Assembly: GCA_946403545.1 (NCBI GenBank) | Contig: CAMJAG010000001.1 | Span: 872-64,871, forward strand | From: an uncultured Bacillales bacterium | GTDB taxonomy: Bacteria; Bacillota_I; Bacilli_A; RFN20; CAG-826 | DNA length: 64,000 nucleotides | Direction of reading: 5' to 3' | Shown here: positions 1-8,534 of the stretch, in pieces | How positions within the stretch are numbered: position 1 is the first letter of the stretch | Layout: each line of letters opens with the position of its first letter | Made by a program: the position numbers and the translations under genes | Notes under the pieces: generated by a model | What the model saw: the letters and a program-made list of their open reading frames with translations, nothing else | Told to the model about the DNA's origin: nothing | Database searches by the model: none

Positions 1-608
1 GGATTACCAAACTTATCTACACGGTTATAATCATAGAGTCTATAAGTAAGATTGGAGTTTTGTTGGATTTCAATTAATCTAACTCCTTTTCCAATCGCAT
101 GGATTGTTCCTGGATCAATAATAAAAGTATCTCCAGGTTTAACAGGGAAAAAGTTTAGATAATCTAAGATATTTCCGTTTTCTAAAGCTTGTTTAATTTC
201 TTCTTTAGAGCACTTTTTATTTAACCCAACATATAGTCCACTACCCTTATCAGCAGAGATAATATGCCACATCTCACTTTTGCCAAATGAGTTTTCATTT
301 TTTAAAGCATAATCATCACTTGGATGAACTTGTACAGAAAGGTTTTCTTTCGCGTCTATTAATTTGATTAATATAGGAAAGTATTTGAATCTATCTTGAA
401 TAGGTCCAACATCTTCTTTGCTGATAACATCCACTAAAAGTTTTCCTTTATCTTTTCCACTAGCGATAATAGATGAATCTACATCTCTAACAGATAGTTC
501 CCAACATTCACTAACTCTTTCTAAAGAAACGCCTTTATTGAATGCTTTAAAATATGTTCCACCCCAGATGTAATCTTTAACAGCTGGTGCAAGTTTAACT
601 AATTCCAT
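1..608 (-). CDS. manA: mannose-6-phosphate isomerase, class I (C-terminus cut by window edge)
   Basis: Not in the ORF track. My reverse-strand translation from the ATG at 606-608 reads MELVKLAPAVKDYIWGGTYF...SVQVHPSDDYA...LTYRLYDYNRVDKFGN. The frame stays open to position 1. The WGG, QVHP and YRLYDYNR motifs are typical of type I PMI. Confidence 0.8.
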   Translation of the reverse strand, partial: MELVKLAPAVKDYIWGGTYFKAFNKGVSLERVSECWELSVRDVDSSIIASGKDKGKLLVDVISKEDVGPIQDRFKYFPILIKLIDAKENLSVQVHPSDDYALKNENSFGKSEMWHIISADKGSGLYVGLNKKCSKEEIKQALENGNILDYLNFFPVKPGDTFIIDPGTIHAIGKGVRLIEIQQNSNLTYRLYDYNRVDKFGN

Positions 609-620
609 AAATTATTCTTT

Positions 621-2303
621 CTATTTAACGAATGAATTGAATAAGTCCTTTAATTCGTTAACTCTCTTTTCGCCATTAGCAAGAACATAAATTTTTAATT
701 TAGGTTCTGTTCCACTAGGTCTTACTGTAATTGTGGAGTTATCTTCAAAGAAAAACTTCACAACATCACTACTTGGTAAGTTAGTAGGTACTTCTTTGTC
801 TTTATAAGAAATAACACCCTTCTTATAATCTCCAATATGATCTACTCCCTTAATAGAAGCTACAACTTTAGGATCTCTAAACTTAAGCATTAAGTCTTTA
901 ATCTTTTGCATACCTTCTAAACCAGGGAATTCATATGTTAATAATGCAGTTTTGAAATCACCATATTTCTTATATAAGAAATTGAGTCTATCTAATAAAG
1001 TAATTCCTTGTAATTTGTAGTGGTTAGCGATTTCACACACTAGCATAACTGCATTAACTGCATCTTTATCTCTAATATCAGTATTTGTTAAGTAACCACA
1101 GGATTCTTCAAATCCTAATAAATAGTCACTAGTTTTACCTTCTCTTTCTAAGAAGAGAATTTGTTCACCAATATATTTAAATCCAGTTAAAACATCTCTA
1201 ACTTCTACACCGAAGTCTTTAGCCATAACATTTGCCATATCACTTGAAACAATTGTTTTAACTAAAACTGGTCTATCTGTTAATGTTCCATTTTCTTTTC
1301 TAGCATGATAAATAGCATCAAATAAAACGATACCAACTTCGTTACCAGTTAAGATATGTGGATTACCATTATCATTAACAACAACACCACATCTATCACT
1401 ATCAGGGTCAGTAGCGACTAAGATATCAGCGTTTTCCGCTAACATTTGTTCGATACCTAATTTAAGTGCTTCATGAATTTCAGGATTTGGATATGGACAT
1501 GTTGGGAAGTTACCATTTGGCCATTCTTGTTCTTTAACTACATGAACAGATTCAAATCCATCTTCCTTTAAGATTGTTGTAACGCATTTTCTACCAGCAC
1601 CATATAAAGGAGTATAAATCACATTTAAAACTCTCTTTTCGTTATAAATTGATTGCTTTTTAGTGCTTGCGATAAATGCGTTGAAACAATCATCTCCGAT
1701 AATGTTAATCATTCCTGCTTTGACGAGTTCATCAAAATTACCGACTTTAACATCAGCGAATGTATCTAGAGTATTAATTTCATTTAAAACAGCATCTGCT
1801 AATTCATTAGTGCATTGGCAACCATCATCACCATATGCTTTATAGCCGTTATAAATCTTTGGGTTATGGCTAGCTGTAACAACTACACCAGATTGGCATT
1901 TGAAATATCTAATAGCAAAGCTAATTGTTGGAGTAGGCATAAGTTCTGGATATAAATGAACTTTAATGCCATTAGCAGCGAGAGTTGCTGCTGTTTCTCT
2001 AGCGTATTCTTCACTATGATTACGAGAATCATATCCTACTGCTACTGAGCTATTTTTGTATTTTTTATTTAAATAATTAGCTAAACCTTGAGTGGCTTTT
2101 CTAATCATAAATCTATTCATTCTATTAGTGCCTAATTCCATGACACCACGAAGACCACCTGTACCAAAAGCTAAATCTTGGAAGAATCTATCTTCAATTG
2201 CTTTAGGATCATCCTTAATAGAAAGGAGTTCTTCTTTCTCTTGTTTGTTTAATAACGATGAGTTTAACCATTCGTTATATACTTTCATGAAATCTCTTGC
2301 CAT
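621..2303 (-). CDS. phosphohexomutase (phosphomannomutase/phosphoglucomutase)
   Basis: 560 aa. Active-site loop TASHNP, metal loop DPDSDR, sugar loop GFEESCG. SD AGGTGAGG lies upstream of the ATG. Confidence 0.85.
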   Translation of the reverse strand: MARDFMKVYNEWLNSSLLNKQEKEELLSIKDDPKAIEDRFFQDLAFGTGGLRGVMELGTNRMNRFMIRKATQGLANYLNKKYKNSSVAVGYDSRNHSEEYARETAATLAANGIKVHLYPELMPTPTISFAIRYFKCQSGVVVTASHNPKIYNGYKAYGDDGCQCTNELADAVLNEINTLDTFADVKVGNFDELVKAGMINIIGDDCFNAFIASTKKQSIYNEKRVLNVIYTPLYGAGRKCVTTILKEDGFESVHVVKEQEWPNGNFPTCPYPNPEIHEALKLGIEQMLAENADILVATDPDSDRCGVVVNDNGNPHILTGNEVGIVLFDAIYHARKENGTLTDRPVLVKTIVSSDMANVMAKDFGVEVRDVLTGFKYIGEQILFLEREGKTSDYLLGFEESCGYLTNTDIRDKDAVNAVMLVCEIANHYKLQGITLLDRLNFLYKKYGDFKTALLTYEFPGLEGMQKIKDLMLKFRDPKVVASIKGVDHIGDYKKGVISYKDKEVPTNLPSSDVVKFFFEDNSTITVRPSGTEPKLKIYVLANGEKRVNELKDLFNSFVK

Positions 2304-2340
2304 ATAAATTACCTCACCTATTCATTTTACTTGTTTTACA

Positions 2341-2381
2341 TGAAAAAAGGTATTCAACATTAATTAATGATTGAAAACCTT
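2341..2381 (-). terminator. intrinsic terminator after the ABC ATPase gene
   Basis: Minus-strand hairpin AAGGTTTTCAA...TTGAATACCTT (plus-strand arms 2347-2357 and 2371-2381, one mismatch) followed by a U-run. Confidence 0.5.
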
Positions 2382-2394
2382 TAATCAGATTATT

Positions 2395-4275
2395 CTATCT
2401 TCTAGTCAATTTGAATGCGTCCGCTGGGACATACATATCAAATTTTGGCATCTTGTAGACTGAGAAATTGTTATCTACTACGAATGAGGAGTAGTTAATA
2501 AATCCTTTGACTGCCACATAGACTAATAATTTATCTCCAAGAACGTCCTCATCATAAGCAAACACTCTAATTCTATTTTTTGGATTTTCCATCTCAGGAT
2601 TAACAAGTCCTGCTTTTTTAATCATCTTATTGGAGTAAATTGGCATTAATCTATCTTGATAGAAGTCAATATCGTATTCGCCATCTTCGTATCCTAAATC
2701 ATCATATACGAGAGTAGAACCACCTACTGTAACTTTTGTCTTGCCACCAGCGTTTTTAACCATTGCGATGCCATGATTAGCGAAGAGTTCTTCTCTAGAA
2801 TTGATTTTGTTATGGTCAAGGTTATAAAGTTTAATTCTTTGGTATGGAAGATATAAATCAACTTCTTTACCTAAGTTAACCTTTTCATCATTTCTCATCT
2901 TCATAGCGAAGTAACCTTCCACTCCTTTGAGTGAGAAATAGACTGCTTGATAATCTGTCTTTTGTTCAACAAACTCGAGTTTTGCAGTGATTTTGAGTGA
3001 ATTTGCTACTTCTTCTAATGAAATGTAATCAGGTTTAATTGCAAGATTGATGTCCGTGTTGAATGCTTCATCTAATAAATGAGAGACAAAGTCTGGATCT
3101 AAGACAACGGCTTGTTCACCAACATGAATTACGCCATCTTTAACCATTGCAGGAATTTCATCTTCTGCAGGGATACCCATGATTGCTTTATGAGTTTCGT
3201 AGTCAAATAAGTAAACATGTTCCATGTTGAATTCAACATTAACAGCTTCGTTAGAGTGAATCTTGGAATTAAATGGAATCTTAATGATGAATTGTTCTTT
3301 TCTATTTTCCATCTTGGTGTAAAGAATTGATTCATCACCTAAGTGTTCCACAACTTCAATGAAGGCGTTTAAGTTACCTTGGTTAGGAATAACATGTTCT
3401 GGTCTAATACCTAATAAGACTTTTTGACCGATATATTTCTTGTTTGCTAATTGTTTTGCTTTAACTTCTGGGAATGTTACTACCATGCCATCAACATCAT
3501 TAAGCTTTGCTTTAAGTGTTTTACCATCCATAAAGAGTTCGGCATCAACAATGTTCATTTGTGGAGAACCTAAGAATGTCGCAACGAAGAGGTTTGATGG
3601 ATCTTCAAATAATGTAATTGGAGTGTCAACTTGTTGGACAAATCCATCTTTCATAACGACAATTCTATTACCCATTGTCATAGCTTCTGTTTGGTCGTGT
3701 GTAACATAAATAAATGTTGTTTGGAGTTTATCATGTAACTTAGTAATTTCACTTCTCATCGCAACACGAAGTTTAGCGTCTAAGTTAGATAATGGTTCAT
3801 CAAGTAAGAAGACCTTTGGATCTCTAACAATTGTTCTACCTAAAGCAACACGTTGTCTTTGACCACCGGAAAGTGCTTTTGGTTTACGAGATAAAAGTTC
3901 TGAGATCTCTAAGATTTCTGCTGCGGCTTTAACTCTTTGATCAATTTCATCTTTAGGTACATGTCTAAGTTTTAAACCAAATGCCATATTTTCATAAACT
4001 GTCATATGTGGATATAAAGCATATGATTGGAAAACCATTGCAATATCCCTGTTTTTTGGTTCAACTTCGTTCATTAGTTCACCATCAATATAGAGTTGAC
4101 CAGCAGTAATTTCTTCTAGACCTGCAATCATTCTTAATGTAGTGGATTTACCACATCCAGAAGGACCGACGAAAACAACGAATTCTTTATCTTTAATTTC
4201 AAGATCGAAATCGCTAACTGCTCTTACTCCTCCATCGTAAACTTTAAATACGTGCTTAAGTGTTACATCTGCCAT
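2395..4275 (-). CDS. sugar ABC transporter ATP-binding protein (MsmK/MalK-like) with a roughly 260-aa C-terminal extension
   Basis: Walker A GPSGCGKST, signature LSGGQRQR, Walker B FLLDEPLS, H-loop VTHD. The usual MalK-type end (VYLFDYETHKAI) falls near aa 366, but the ORF runs to aa 626. Confidence 0.85.
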   Translation of the reverse strand: MADVTLKHVFKVYDGGVRAVSDFDLEIKDKEFVVFVGPSGCGKSTTLRMIAGLEEITAGQLYIDGELMNEVEPKNRDIAMVFQSYALYPHMTVYENMAFGLKLRHVPKDEIDQRVKAAAEILEISELLSRKPKALSGGQRQRVALGRTIVRDPKVFLLDEPLSNLDAKLRVAMRSEITKLHDKLQTTFIYVTHDQTEAMTMGNRIVVMKDGFVQQVDTPITLFEDPSNLFVATFLGSPQMNIVDAELFMDGKTLKAKLNDVDGMVVTFPEVKAKQLANKKYIGQKVLLGIRPEHVIPNQGNLNAFIEVVEHLGDESILYTKMENRKEQFIIKIPFNSKIHSNEAVNVEFNMEHVYLFDYETHKAIMGIPAEDEIPAMVKDGVIHVGEQAVVLDPDFVSHLLDEAFNTDINLAIKPDYISLEEVANSLKITAKLEFVEQKTDYQAVYFSLKGVEGYFAMKMRNDEKVNLGKEVDLYLPYQRIKLYNLDHNKINSREELFANHGIAMVKNAGGKTKVTVGGSTLVYDDLGYEDGEYDIDFYQDRLMPIYSNKMIKKAGLVNPEMENPKNRIRVFAYDEDVLGDKLLVYVAVKGFINYSSFVVDNNFSVYKMPKFDMYVPADAFKLTRR

Positions 4276-4278
4276 AAA

Positions 4279-5130
4279 TTAGGCCTCCTTGTTAACTTTA
4301 TATAGACCCTTACCGACCATGTCAGGGTAATATTCTTTGTTAATATATTTATCAAACATTTCGTGAGACATAAGTGTGTATAAAACTATAACCACACTAT
4401 TAGTGATAGCAAATAGGACAAGTCCTATTGCTAAAGTAAGATAATTGATACAACCGAGTCCCACGACTACACCAGTTGTAAGTAGGAAAGTTAATAATAC
4501 TTTCCAATTTAATAATCCTAAGAAACAGAATGCATTTTTAACTGTTACTCCATAGCCATTTGAATAATAGACATCTTGAGTAAAAGTTAGAGCATTAACT
4601 ATTCCTAAAGTAATGAAGAAGACGATAAGTGCACCAACACCAATGCCACACCATACAGGGGAAGTAGGAGAATAGATTAATAAATAACTTCCTCCAACAA
4701 TAAGACCAAATAGTGTCAGTCCAAATATTGCTCCATTCACTATTGCGTGTTTCCAGTTTTCTTTAATTCCAAAGAAGAAATCAATAGAGAATGTTGTGGA
4801 TTCTTGCCAAACTAGCTTCTTAACAGCGTAGAAACCGCCTGCTAATCCAAGGAATCCGATAATCATACATGGAAGCATAATAAGCATTGAATAGAAAACT
4901 AGAGAGAATAAATATTCAAACTTATCATTTGCCATTGCAGCAGCTTCTAAAAATCCAAAGTAGAATAGATCAACCGCTAACGGAATAAAGAACATAAATA
5001 CAAAGCAAGAAAGAGAGAATAAGGTCATCTTTCTGTGAGCAAGTAAATCAAAGAAGACTTCCTTTCTAGTAGTAGGAAGAGCACTTATTGCTTGAGAATC
5101 TGAAATTTGTTTTTCTTTTCTTTTAAACAT
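4279..5130 (-). CDS. polytopic membrane protein (possibly YesL/DUF624-like, sugar-ABC associated)
   Basis: 283 aa with at least six hydrophobic segments. Translationally coupled within the transporter operon. Confidence 0.4.
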   Translation of the reverse strand: MFKRKEKQISDSQAISALPTTRKEVFFDLLAHRKMTLFSLSCFVFMFFIPLAVDLFYFGFLEAAAMANDKFEYLFSLVFYSMLIMLPCMIIGFLGLAGGFYAVKKLVWQESTTFSIDFFFGIKENWKHAIVNGAIFGLTLFGLIVGGSYLLIYSPTSPVWCGIGVGALIVFFITLGIVNALTFTQDVYYSNGYGVTVKNAFCFLGLLNWKVLLTFLLTTGVVVGLGCINYLTLAIGLVLFAITNSVVIVLYTLMSHEMFDKYINKEYYPDMVGKGLYKVNKEA

Positions 5131-5725
5131 TGCTTGCCCAATCTTTTACTAAAGTAAGAGCGTTATCATGCTCTTTGATTTTATCTTTGGAGTACTCCCC
5201 AAGATTCTCACTAATTGCATTAAGAACCATATAACATTCTTCACCTGGAAGAGTCATATATTTGCTAACTTTTTCTTTATCAATCTTCACTCCATAATTA
5301 ACTCCTTTTTGAGAGTAAAAAGTACATGAAGAATAATAATTAGTTAAAGTTTCATCTAGTTCTAATCCAAAAGCAGAAATGTTAATGCTAGAAAGTTTAG
5401 TACTTGGAATAATTAACACATCAGCAGAGTTATATCCTGTTACAGATAACTTAGTGTCATAGTTGAAACTATTTGGCATTGAATCAATACAAGAGAATAG
5501 CTTTAAATCTTTTTGTTTGTATTTCTCCAACAAATCTTTTTCCAATGAATCTCTATTAGTAACTTCTCCTGATACAAACAATGTAAGAGTTTGGTATTTT
5601 GGAGTCTTGTTATTCAATCTAAAAATGAAATCCATTAAAAACACTGTTAGAATTGCGGAGATTATATAAAATGGCCAAGTATATTTGAAAACGGCCTTAA
5701 CTCTAGACTTTTTTAACTCATTCAT
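5123..5725 (-). CDS. hypothetical membrane-anchored protein
   Basis: 200 aa with a single N-terminal TM (WPFYIISAILTVFLMDFIF). Overlaps both neighbours by 4-8 nt. Confidence 0.45.
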   Translation of the reverse strand: MNELKKSRVKAVFKYTWPFYIISAILTVFLMDFIFRLNNKTPKYQTLTLFVSGEVTNRDSLEKDLLEKYKQKDLKLFSCIDSMPNSFNYDTKLSVTGYNSADVLIIPSTKLSSINISAFGLELDETLTNYYSSCTFYSQKGVNYGVKIDKEKVSKYMTLPGEECYMVLNAISENLGEYSKDKIKEHDNALTLVKDWASNV

Positions 5726-6210
5726 AGATGTTTCTCCGCCTTAATGAGAATACGTTGATAAGTCTCAATAGTGAGTTTATCTCCCATCTCGTAGTCTAGT
5801 TCGTTTGTGAAAGCAAATATTACTTTGTCTTGGCAATTAATACCAATGAAATATCTTACATATACTGGATAGACATAAAGTCCATTCATGTAGCACATTT
5901 CATCACTTTTCTTTAGAAATTCCACTTCTTCTACAGGTTTAAGTCCACTACTATATCCTTTAAAATATCTATATCTTTGATTAATATCGTTATAAACGTT
6001 CATAAAGAAGAAGATAGCAAACCAAACAAATAAAACAGTGATAACAATTGCAATAATAAGTGTTGGGTAATATGCTTTCTTAGAGAAAATTACTAATAAT
6101 ACATCTGCAATAAGAACGATAGCGAAGACGCAAGAGAATGCTAAAGAGCATCTAAGGAGGTTAGATTTTGCTAATTTATATTCAGAATTTACGTCTACGC
6201 TATATTTCAT
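5722..6210 (-). CDS. hypothetical membrane protein
   Basis: 162 aa with two TM segments. Operonic. Confidence 0.45.
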   Translation of the reverse strand: MKYSVDVNSEYKLAKSNLLRCSLAFSCVFAIVLIADVLLVIFSKKAYYPTLIIAIVITVLFVWFAIFFFMNVYNDINQRYRYFKGYSSGLKPVEEVEFLKKSDEMCYMNGLYVYPVYVRYFIGINCQDKVIFAFTNELDYEMGDKLTIETYQRILIKAEKHL

Positions 6211-6211
6211 A

Positions 6212-7513
6212 TTAATAATTTTCTAATCCTTCGAGGATTGATTGTTTGATGATGCCACCCCATACTACATATCCATAGTAAGAAAGATGTAATCCATCGG
6301 TTCTAAAATATGCAGCATTTGGTTCGCCATTTTCTTTGATTAATGCTTCGCCTGGATTAATAAGAGTTAACCAAGAAGCATTTGATTTTTGATATTGGAC
6401 AACATTTGCATTAACCGAGTTAATAACATCATAGTAGCCTTTATAACCAGGAATTAAGTTCATCATAATGTATTGAACTTTTGTATTTGGCATAGCTGCA
6501 TGAGTGTCATTTAAGAACTTTGATAAGTTATTCCAAATTGTGCCAGCATCTTGTTTGGAGTTAATTACGTTATTAATACCTACGTAATACACTACCATTT
6601 TTGGTTTATATGGGAATACTAATCTTTGATTTAAGCATTCATCCCATTCTTCAATTGTAGTACCACCAATACCATGATTATAACTTACTATTGGTGCTAA
6701 GTCTTCTTTAGAAGATGTCCAGAATTCAATTGATGAGCTACCAGCAAGCATTACATGATGACTTTCTTCTTCTAAAGCTTTGTTTTCATAGTTCTTTGCT
6801 TTAGTTTCGTAGTTAGAATTATTTACTCTATAGTCTTCTGAAGCATCTTTAACATTAATGACTTTGTTAGTGCCATTACAAGTAAGAGTAATCTTGTTAT
6901 CAGCGAATGTAGCTGTTAATGGTTTACTATTTTTAGCCTTATATTCCATAAGTGGTAAAACATTATCTTTGCTATCTTCAAGTTTTAAAAGCGCTGCTTT
7001 AGAAACTTTAATTTCATCGTTTGAAATCTTAAAGTTCATCACACTATCAACTTGATAATCAACTGAAGCAGATTCTTCTAATACTGTTGAAGGAGGTGTG
7101 TAAGGAGGTTCTGTAATTTCTTCAGCGCTTGCGACAGACCATTTAGCGTATAGTCTTGTGTCTTTAAGCACGACATCTGTAGTGAAATTCCATTCGTTTT
7201 TGCAACTCTCTTCCTTATACCAACCATCAAATTCATAGTTCTTTCTAGTTGGATCTTCTGGTTTTGTAATTTGATGTTCACCAGAGATTGTGACAGTTTT
7301 GTAAAGCAAATTATTGCCTTTACCTTTAGTGCCATTAGAAAGAGTGAATTCTTGTCTTAAATAGTTGTAATAGAAGTCAATACGATGTTCGATAGTACCT
7401 GGTTCTTCTCTAGAATCAGCACCCACTCTTACTAATGAATTATTAGCAAGACCTAGTGCCATAGAAGAAACCGCTAAACCCACAATACCTAAAATTTTAA
7501 TTTTGTTATACAT
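6212..7513 (-). CDS. secreted SGNH/GDSL-type esterase with a Listeria-Bacteroides-type repeat
   Basis: Has a signal peptide. Repeat YEFDGWYKEESCKNEWNFTTDVVLKDTRLYAKW. C-terminal SGNH blocks GSSSIEFW, GIGGTT, GINN and DGLHLS. Confidence 0.65.
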   Translation of the reverse strand: MYNKIKILGIVGLAVSSMALGLANNSLVRVGADSREEPGTIEHRIDFYYNYLRQEFTLSNGTKGKGNNLLYKTVTISGEHQITKPEDPTRKNYEFDGWYKEESCKNEWNFTTDVVLKDTRLYAKWSVASAEEITEPPYTPPSTVLEESASVDYQVDSVMNFKISNDEIKVSKAALLKLEDSKDNVLPLMEYKAKNSKPLTATFADNKITLTCNGTNKVINVKDASEDYRVNNSNYETKAKNYENKALEEESHHVMLAGSSSIEFWTSSKEDLAPIVSYNHGIGGTTIEEWDECLNQRLVFPYKPKMVVYYVGINNVINSKQDAGTIWNNLSKFLNDTHAAMPNTKVQYIMMNLIPGYKGYYDVINSVNANVVQYQKSNASWLTLINPGEALIKENGEPNAAYFRTDGLHLSYYGYVVWGGIIKQSILEGLENY

Positions 7514-8522
7514 GGCATTCCTCCTTTAAATATTTAAGAAGTTCATCTTCCTTAACAGTAGCAAGGCAAATTACTTTGTCTCCTGCTCCATAGTAGATGT
7601 ATAAAAGACCATCTTTATTAACTACTGCTGTTGGGAATACGCAACCATTGTAATAACCATTAGTTTCATATTCTTCTTCAGGTTCCATAAAGAAATCTTT
7701 TGTTCTAGCAATAATCTTTGTTGGATCATTTAAGTCAAGAAGGATAGCGCCTACTCTATAAGCATCATCTTTTGTAGCGACACCATGATAAAGCACTAAC
7801 CAACCATCTTTAGTTTTAATAGGTGGAGTTCCTGCACCGATTTTCTTATCTTCCCAATCAGTTTCGCCTTGCATTAATAAGGAGTAATTGTCCCAGTGGA
7901 GTAAGTCATCACTACTAGAAATCCAAATCGCAGGATTCTTATTAGGATAGCCTTCACCACATCTTTCCATAGCTCTAGAAAGCATATAGAACTTACCATT
8001 AATTGGTTCAGGGAATAAAATTACATCTCTATCATCGAAATGGCTATCGGTGATAGGTCCTAGTTTTTTCCAATGTCTTAAATCTTTTGAAATGGCTAAG
8101 TGAGTTAAGGTGTTGTTATAAACTAGAACCTTAGGACCGAATTCTGGTTGAAAACCGAAATATTCCTTATCTTCTCTCCAATATTGTCCTGGAGGGAATG
8201 GACGAGAAGCATAAGTGAGGTAGAAGTATTCCCCCATCTTAATTAATCTTGGGTCTTCACATCCACCTGCATCTAAGCCATTAGGATCACCACTTAATAA
8301 TGTAGAATCACTTTCTCTAACAAAGTTAATTCCATCTTTAGAAGTAGCTAAACCTAAATGGATTAAGTGAGTTTTGTCATTTCCTGCAGCACGATAAACC
8401 ATATAGAATTTATCTTCTTCAGGAACATAAACACAAGCTGGGTTAAGAACACAAAGTTCTTCCCATTGGTTCTTTGGGTTTGGTTTTAAAATTGGATTAT
8501 TTTTATATTTATTTAATTTCAT
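7506..8522 (-). CDS. GH130 beta-mannoside phosphorylase
   Basis: 338 aa. NPILKP...VLNPA, CEDPRL, DRDVILFPE, IGAGTPPI and LYHG, which are typical GH130 blocks. Confidence 0.8.
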   Translation of the reverse strand: MKLNKYKNNPILKPNPKNQWEELCVLNPACVYVPEEDKFYMVYRAAGNDKTHLIHLGLATSKDGINFVRESDSTLLSGDPNGLDAGGCEDPRLIKMGEYFYLTYASRPFPPGQYWREDKEYFGFQPEFGPKVLVYNNTLTHLAISKDLRHWKKLGPITDSHFDDRDVILFPEPINGKFYMLSRAMERCGEGYPNKNPAIWISSSDDLLHWDNYSLLMQGETDWEDKKIGAGTPPIKTKDGWLVLYHGVATKDDAYRVGAILLDLNDPTKIIARTKDFFMEPEEEYETNGYYNGCVFPTAVVNKDGLLYIYYGAGDKVICLATVKEDELLKYLKEECHV

Positions 8523-8534
8523 AATTTGATACCT

